From the NCBI GenBank assembly GCA_025603075.1, contig MU626311.1, positions 1 to 64,000 on the forward strand: a stretch of 64,000 nt of DNA, read 5' to 3'. The notes below the pieces were generated by a model. It was not told where the DNA came from and searched no databases. It worked only from the letters and a program-made list of their open reading frames with translations. Positions 56,305 through 64,000 of this stretch are shown here, one piece after another; position 1 is the first letter of the stretch; each line of letters opens with the position of its first letter. This stretch comes from Neoconidiobolus thromboides FSU 785. Its lineage: Eukaryota > Fungi > Entomophthoromycota. A program made the translations under genes and the position numbers.

Positions 56305-56591
56305 ATATCAATCCCAAAAAAAGCGTAATAATTTTAAATTATTTGGTGCTTTTTTAATGTGAGGGTTGAAATTCAGGAATTGATAAGCAATAGTTTTTTT
56401 AAATAATAAAGTAGAAAAACATTTTATTTATTTTTATTGTTTTTATATAACAAATTATAAAATAATCTGACTTTTAAATAAAGATATAAAATTATTAAAA
56501 TTGAATTTTTCTATTTAAAAATTATTTTACTTCCAAATATTTATTATAATCAACTATTTGTTTTATCATGTTTAAATTGAAAGCTTTGCTT

Positions 56592-56633
56592 ATTAAAAAA
56601 TGGAAAAAATAATGAAATAAAAAAAACACTCCC
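56592..56633 (+). mobile_element. Partial MITE copy (right end)
   Basis: TTAAAAAATGGAAAAAATAATGAAATAAAAAAAACACTCCC. Confidence 0.7.
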
Positions 56634-56957
56634 ATGTATTATTTAATTAATTTTTTTATGTTTATTCTAATTATACTATCATTATGATTTTATTTTGATT
56701 ATATAATTTATTAACTATTAGCTTTATCTAAGCCTGTAGTATTATATATTATAATTATTTTTACTTAAAAAAATAATATTTTAGTTCTGATAATAAATTG
56801 TTAACTATACATGCTCTTAATAAATCACCAGAAAAGCATTTGAACAAACTAAAATCAAATTTAATTTTGAAATTGATTTGTTTTTTCCCAACTAGTAAAA
56901 TTGGCTTTAGTAAAAAAATTATTGGTATATAAATTTTTAAATTTCCAAGGCCACTAA

Positions 56958-57039
56958 GGCACCTTGGCGGAGTGGTTAACGCGGAGCCCTGCTAAGGCTT
57001 TTCCCTTTGGGAGCGCAGGTTCGAATCCTGTGGGTGTCG
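56958..57039 (+). tRNA. tRNA-Ser(GCT), intronless, long variable arm
   Basis: Acceptor GGCACCT/GGGTGTC, D-loop AGTGG, anticodon arm GAGCC-CTGCTAA-GGCTT, variable arm TTCCC-TTT-GGGAG, T-arm GCAGG-TTCGAAT-CCTGT, discriminator G. Confidence 0.93.
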
Positions 57040-57437
57040 GTCGATTGGGTAACCTTTTCTTAAGGTTATGGCCATTGTGTATAAAAATATGGTTTTTCTA
57101 TTTTTTTTCAAAAGAGTGACTATTTTGAACAGGTTTCATTTAGCATAATTTACATAATTAAATGTTTATCCTATTGCGTTATGTACATTAAATATCCAAT
57201 GTAAATATCGTTAACTAACTACTAATTAAGAAAGCAACGTTTACATTGTTTTGGAATTCTTTAAACTTGGTTGTATGTAAAAAGGCTTAAAACTATTTAA
57301 CTACTGAATATACCTTTTAGCATAAAGATTGGAATTGTTGTATTTTAATATCTTGTATTTATATTATTATTAGAAAAGCAAATTTATTGTTTGAAATTTA
57401 AACACTTAAAATCTTAACTTTATTAAATAACATACTT

Positions 57438-59894
57438 TTAATCAACTTGTTTCAAATTTTCTTTCTCTTTTTCCATTTCTCTTTTTTTCCTTTCAGCTTC
57501 CTCTTTCTTATCATAATAGCGGTTCATATTATCTATCAACTCTTTTTTTTTGAGCTCCTGCTCCTTATTATAATAAAAGATGGGTTGACTTGGGGGTAAA
57601 GGTTCTAATATAATAGGTTTAGTTATAATTTTGATTGGCTCAACTATAGGGCTAGCTTTCATATTCCGCCTCCTTTCTTCTTCAGCCTCTCGAGCCTCCT
57701 GAGCCTCAAAAATTGCCCTTTTTTTATGTGATTCTTTAAAGTGAAATTCAATGTTATCAATGAAATCTTGCACCTTTGGTGGTAATTTAACTATTCCACT
57801 CATTTCATTTTTTTCTTTGCTTAGTTCTTGTATTGGTTTATCTGAATTAATAGTAACTTGATTTTGATTCTGGTTTTCTATGCTTGATGGTAATGCTTCT
57901 AAATTAACATCTTGGTTTAAAATATTCGAGCTAGCTGATTGATCGTTTTGAGATACAACTGAATCAGTTCGGGTTTTTACTGTTCCCTGTCCGTCAAACT
58001 TTAATAGAGAAGAAGTTTTACGATAAAACTCGGTAGTATGCGGAAATTGAGTTTCATCTAAATGATCACCCTGTTGGTAACATTCAAAGATCCAAGCATG
58101 AGAAACAATCTTCACACCATTTTCTTTGGCTTTTAAAAAATCGCCGAATTTTTCCTGCCTGCATCTACTAGAGTGAATAAAGTGGGTACATTTTTCTGGT
58201 TCAAAGTTAACAACATATTTCGCTCCCATCAACCGTGCCAATGGCCCATACTCTGGTATTAAGTGACTGATCCTAGGACTAAAAAATAAGGTACAACCTT
58301 TCAAATAATCTCCTTTCGATTTTAGTCTGGATAAATTTTTTATTTTTCCAGATGGATCCAAGATTATACTTTGCATTTCATCAACAAGCCCACTAACTAT
58401 CAAATATTAATATTGTTTTACCTATTTATTATAGCCTTACTTTCAGTACTACCATTCGACTTCAAAACATCTTGTTTTGAACCTAATTTCGATGGTTTGT
58501 TGGCTGGTTTAGCTAATTCAACTCTAATTTCATCAATAATTTCGTCGTCTATTAAATGTTAATATAATATCACTTTGGGTACTTTATAGTTCACCTCCAA
58601 TACTATTAGGAATCCCAGAAACTTCCCGATTTAAACTTGTTCTTTCTGGTTTTTTAGCTATCCTAAATCTTTCTAATTTGTGGGGTGATGAAGCAGCCCT
58701 AGGGAGCATACGCTTGACACGAGATGAATTTTCTGGATCAATAGATTCGGGGGGTGGAACCCTTTTTTGAACTCTATTGTATGCCCCTTTATTTACGATA
58801 GCTTCTAAAACGTATGGGTGGTTAAGATCTCTCTATGAAAAAACAATCAATTTCCATAAAATATATAGTAGATGATAATACTGTTTCAGTTACTCTATAA
58901 AGCCACTCTTCAGCTATAATGAACATATTTGATTTCAAGGCAGCATTATATTTATCGCCTGTAAACTTTGCGCAAATCAAATGAGTATTTCTAGTTGAAA
59001 ACCCATGCGTGAATTTTCCACCTAAACAATGTTAATATCGTTAATTAACATTGAAAAATCAAACTACCTAAATACATTATAATAGTACATAGTTGCCTCT
59101 TTTTGATGGTCGTAAATCCAGTGCAAGCAAAGATATAGTTCTCGAATTCTAAGATTTATTAGCGAATGTTTAGATGGTATTTTAAAAATACCTTTAATAG
59201 CGTCGATTTTTTTCCTTGGTAAAAACAAAAAATTTTGTTGTGGATGATGAATAACAAATTCCTGATAATAATTAGTTAATCTTTACAATCTTAAATTAAG
59301 CTTACATCATAGCAACATTCCAACCAAGCATAAGTAACAGTAGCCACATTTTCATCGTTTTGAAAGTTGAAATCTGAGTCTTCGGATAAACTAAAAACAT
59401 TAATAAAATCGAAATATCAATAACTACTGCTAACCTTGTTGTAGGAAGTACAATAAACTTAGGGAAGATACAATATTCCTTTTTTACTATTGTGCCTCCC
59501 ATAAAATTAATTAAAGATATGACTTCAGCTTTCTAAATAACAATTATTAACGTTATTTCTAAAATACAAACTATATACTTTAGCTCTTGAATTTTCCACT
59601 CCTTCATACCCATGAAGTGAAAAATTACAACCTTTGAACATAATAGAACGGATCTCTCTATAAAAATATACATTAATCAATTTGGCTCTCTAAAATTAAA
59701 ACGATGGGTTACTTATTCGTTTTATTGGTATTTTTTGTTTTAAATTTTATTGGGAATTGTAACATGAACCGCTTCCAAAACTGAGAACTAATACCATCCA
59801 TTGAAGTATTAATATTATTGTTTTTTTTATAAGGAACGGAGCCATTTCGTTTGATCCCTTCTCTGTTGATTTCGATACTGTTGAGCCATTCCAT
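57438..59894 (-). CDS. Multi-BRCT protein (about 3 BRCT domains), TopBP1/Dpb11/Rad4-like; start uncertain
   Basis: MFKGCNFSLHG...MGGTIV...WLECC; GGKFTHGF...THLICAKFTGDKYNAA...EEWL; YLKGCTLFFS...GAKYV...THFIH...VSHAWIFEC...FPHT. Confidence 0.75.
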
Positions 59895-60346
59895 CTTGTA
59901 AATTTGAAATTAAAACTGAGTTTCATATTTTTAGTAAATTTCAAAAATATTAGCAAACTGTTCTTTTTGGTTTGATTAGCATTTTTAAAATCAGTACTAA
60001 TTCAATATAGTTTTTAAATCAGTTAAAAGGATAAACACTATGAGACTAATAATTGTTGTTAATATAAAGCAATATATTCAGATTTATTTATACAAAAATA
60101 GGAAATAACTTTTATCTTTGGTACTTATAAACGTTAAAAAGGAGCATTAGTATTTCATTAATCAAAGCATAATAATGTATATAAAATAAACTAAAGCTCA
60201 ACTTTAAATAGTTTAGAAACTGTAGCATTTTAAAAAAAACCTACAAAACTTTATGTCCAAAATTTAAATGGAATTTAATTGGATTACTTTGAATATTATA
60301 TCTATTTTTAATTTTCAACTTTATCTTTTAAAAGTTATTAAGAAAA

Positions 60347-61240
60347 ATGAGATTAACAGTTGATATAATCAATGAAAGTGAATGTCGAATTAACCCATTA
60401 AAAGATCGTGAGCTTTACTTAAGAGGTAAATTAAACAAACTGAGTAGTAATGGTAGTAGACATTAATTCATCTTTTCAGGTTTAAAAATCCCTGAGATTG
60501 AAAATTTTGGTTCTACAAAAGTAAGTGTATTATTCTAGGCTACAAGTAGAAATATAACATCTATCTTCCAGGACTTAAACGATAGTATTGACTTAAGCGA
60601 TAATGATTTATTACAATTGGGCAACTTTCCTTTATTACCTCGGTTGAAAAAATTATACTTAAGCAACAATCGTATCAGTATCATAGATCCCTTAATTGCT
60701 AAGCAGTTGCCGAATCTAAATACATTAATATTAACAAATAATCAAGTGAGTGGTTTGGAGTACCTACTACCATTGAAAGAAATGAGCAAATTAGAGCATT
60801 TAAGTTTAATTGGGAATCCAGTAGTGAATTTAAATTATTATCGATTGTTTTGTATCTTTTTATGTAAGAAAATTAGGTTTGTTGACTTCCAAAGAGTCAA
60901 GGATGAGGTAAGTCTAAAAATAATTATTTTTTGATATTGATATTAATTTTAATTTTAACTTATAGGAAAGAAAACAAGCAAATAGCTTATTTTTAAATGA
61001 AAAAGGAGAGTTTAGTTCTATTGCCTTAGGTATCATTAACAAAGTACCTGCTAAAACCTTTGAAGCTAACACAATCGCCACACAAAATAGTAAGTTTTTT
61101 TAATGTCTATTAATTATTTTATCTTAATTTATTGATTATTTTTAGATGAAGTTAAAAATACAAGTGCCCTTCAATCTTTAACTGAAGAGGAACAAAAAAG
61201 AATTCAAGCTTCTTTAAATAAAGTTTCTAATTTGGTTTAA
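60347..61240 (+). CDS. LEA1: U2 snRNP protein A' (SNRPA1/Lea1), 5 exons
   Basis: MRLTVDII...INPLKDRELYLRG|LKIPEIENFG, IDLSDNDL..LGNFPLLPRLKKLYLSNNRI, LSLIGNPV...YRLF...DFQRVK. Confidence 0.93.
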
Positions 61241-61329
61241 GATAAATAAAAATAATAAAATAAAATAAAAATAGCCATGTTAAAGTTTTTCTTTTATTTA
61301 AATAATGATAAATCAGCCAAATAAAAGTT

Positions 61330-64000
61330 TTATTCCAAAGATCGAACGCCATCTGTACTTGATCTATTTTCATCAGTTTGGTCATTATCTACATCTAATA
61401 ACAACTCATCTTCATCTTCAGCAATGTATAATACATCAGTGCTAACATTAGCATCCTCCTCCTTTATGTCACCCCCCTCATCATCATGATAATGTTCATC
61501 ATTATCATCATCTTCATCATCTAATTCTTGTAACTGATAATCATGTTCTTCATCATTTAATAAAGACATTTCTCTCATCTGTTGATCTCTAAAAGGTTGA
61601 TTTTTATATCTATAAAATAGCATAATACTTAACACAATCAGTACAATAAAACACAGCAATAAAATAACATAGATCATAAAACTATTCTGGCCTTGACCTA
61701 AAGAGTTAAGCTGAGATAATAATTGACTATTATATTGCTCTTTGTTTTTTTGTTCTTCTTCTTTAAGTTTTCCATTGCCTTGATTTATTACTTTCTCTGT
61801 GTTCACTGGTGCTTGTTTACCATCTTCAGTAGCCGTTGGAACCACATTACTCTCTATGCTCTCCTTTGTCAAAGCAGTCTCAGCTTTATCAAGTGTTATC
61901 GTCTTTGTTAAAAAAACATCTTTCATAGACTCAACACTCGAAGTAATATTACTAGGTAAAACATAACTAGTTACCTTTGATGGTATTTCACCATTTACTT
62001 CGGATATAATTACCTTTTCTTCCTCTTTTTTATTATCTTGATGTATAATTGTAGGTCTATCATTATTATCATTTTCTAAAGGTATAGTACTATCTCCATA
62101 CAATGTCATATGCCAACTTATAAAATCCCCAATAGCAAATGGGTCTTTGATATCTTTAACTCTTAATTTCCACTCTCCCTCAGCTGGTTCATCCCTAAAA
62201 ACAATAGCTTAAATTTAACATTTTATTATATTATTATAAATTATTACCAATGTTTCACGGTCATAAAAGTCCAATTTGGGAATCCTTGATCGCTATTATC
62301 CTTTAATCTAGGTACACAAATCTCTGAAACAATACCATTAGGAGATATTAAATCAATAGCAATGTCTGATCTTCTGTTATGAATAATATTCACAGTAACA
62401 GTTACATGTTCCAAAGACTTAAACTTCCCATTGTTTAAATCCTCTTTTTTAATGACTGTTGAAGACAGGATACCTTCATGATCTTGAGGTATTCTTTGTT
62501 GTACCATAACAGTAGGTGTAGTTAATTTCGTTTGTTGATTTTTGCTAGTAAAGTTCATAGCATGATGAACATATTTATAACCGTCTACTTTGCCATATCC
62601 ATATTTTGGACTATACCATCTTCCCATCCATGTTTTACTCCAGCTTTCATCTTGTAGATTTACTGGGACTGCTGCTTGTACTGAAATATGTTGAAAATCG
62701 CGCCAGGTAAGATCAGGTCTTTTTTGAAGTGCCAACGCTATAATACCTGCCATCATTGGTGCTGCTGCGGATGTACCACCATGCGAATCCGTACATTGGC
62801 TATGCCAAGAGGAGGAAGTATACTAAAATATTAAAATAAATTAATGTCAGATATAATAAAAAAGGCAGAACTCATTACAATTCTAGCTCCAAAATTACCC
62901 GAAGAATAGGCGGTAATCATCATTGCAGTACAAGCTTCTGAATAAGCTGGATGTTGGTTTTTAGCATCTACAGAGCCGACAGTAATGGAATAGATAGAAT
63001 TAGTATACCCATCGAAGTTACAGTTATCTCCATTGATACCACCATTACCACTAGCAAATACAAAAATGCTACCTTTTTTTTGCCTGCCGTTTTCAGCTCC
63101 ATTTTTAATTGCTTCTTCCACTATCTTCGGTGGTCGATCCATAGCTAAACCATCATCTGGTGGTCCCCAAGAACAGGAATAGATCTGATTAATCTGATAT
63201 TTATAATTGATTGCAATAGCCTCTGCATCATCCGTTATTTCTTTGGATAATACACGTATCCCTTTATAATAAATTAAACATTATAAGATAAATTAAATAC
63301 TATTATGCTTGTTTTTACCTGATACTTTTGACTCATAAGCAATTCCAACTCCACAATCATTATTACGTATACCAGCAATTTGACCGGCACAACGAGTGCC
63401 ATGAGTATCTTCGTCTAACATTGGCATTGGTAATGGTCGTTCATCATTAAAATCATATGAACCTTCAGCAAACTAATGAATGAAATTTTTAAGCTTTAAA
63501 TTAAAAAATTTTAATGTTTTTAATTACAAAATTTTCTTTAATATCCCGATGTTCATAATCAATACCTAGTAGAAAAACAAATTTAATTCTAGTTTTTGAC
63601 GTAATTGAATCATTTATTTACCGTCATCTACAATAGCAACAATAACTCCTTTACCAGTGATACCTTTAATAATTTTAAAATATTAAACATTTTATTAATA
63701 AAAATTAATCAAACTACTATCTACCTTCCTCCCACAACTTCGTAATGTTTAAATCATTTCCTTCATCCTCTTGGTTATGCTAAAAAAAGCATAAATACTA
63801 ATTTCAAGAACAAGTTTAATCTCTAACTTACAAAATGCCACTGTTTAGGGAACCCTGGGTCTCTTATACCCAATAAAGCATATCTCGTCATATTCAATTC
63901 TTTTACCTTACTCGGTCTACCTTTTCCTACCGGCCCTCTTTTCACTCTTAGCTTAGGCACTTGTAAATTAAACTCTGAGATACCATTATTTTCTAGTTGG
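61330..64000 (-). CDS. KEX2: Kexin (Kex2) proprotein convertase, 5' end beyond the window
   Basis: RVKR propeptide site, [39 protein letters not shown] domain ([10 protein letters not shown]), TM helix, acidic tail. Confidence 0.95.

Overview
Very AT-rich eukaryotic DNA with short GT-AG introns (about 45-120 nt). The gene content (B12-dependent methylmalonyl-CoA mutase, FANCD2, animal-like myosin RLC, kexin, Rom2-type RhoGEF, Spo7) points to an early-diverging non-Dikarya fungus, plausibly Entomophthoromycotina/Conidiobolus-like; this is inference. I find 16 protein genes (ABCC 3' part, P450, FZ-like membrane protein, C6orf136-like, MCM2, ROM2-like GEF, MCM7, SPO7-like, FANCD2, PTC7, myosin RLC, S41 peptidase, MMUT, tandem-CAP protein, multi-BRCT protein, U2A'), a 5'-truncated KEX2 and one tRNA-Ser(GCT). 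Genes are separated by repeat-filled islands. The dominant unexplained structure is a ~98-bp non-coding element in at least 31 copies (28 full-length), with GGGGATGT...ACATCCCC terminal inverted repeats and 4-bp, mostly AWWT, target-site duplications: a candidate Sola-like MITE. It is reciprocally nested with a 464-bp Ty3/gypsy LTR family, inserts exactly into a gypsy integrase GPY motif, and shows CpG-decay mutations. Also present are two decayed P450 paralogs, a rearranged gypsy element with a fold-back LTR, and a second candidate TIR element. Exon models and TE alignments were read by eye; coordinates may be off by a few bases.
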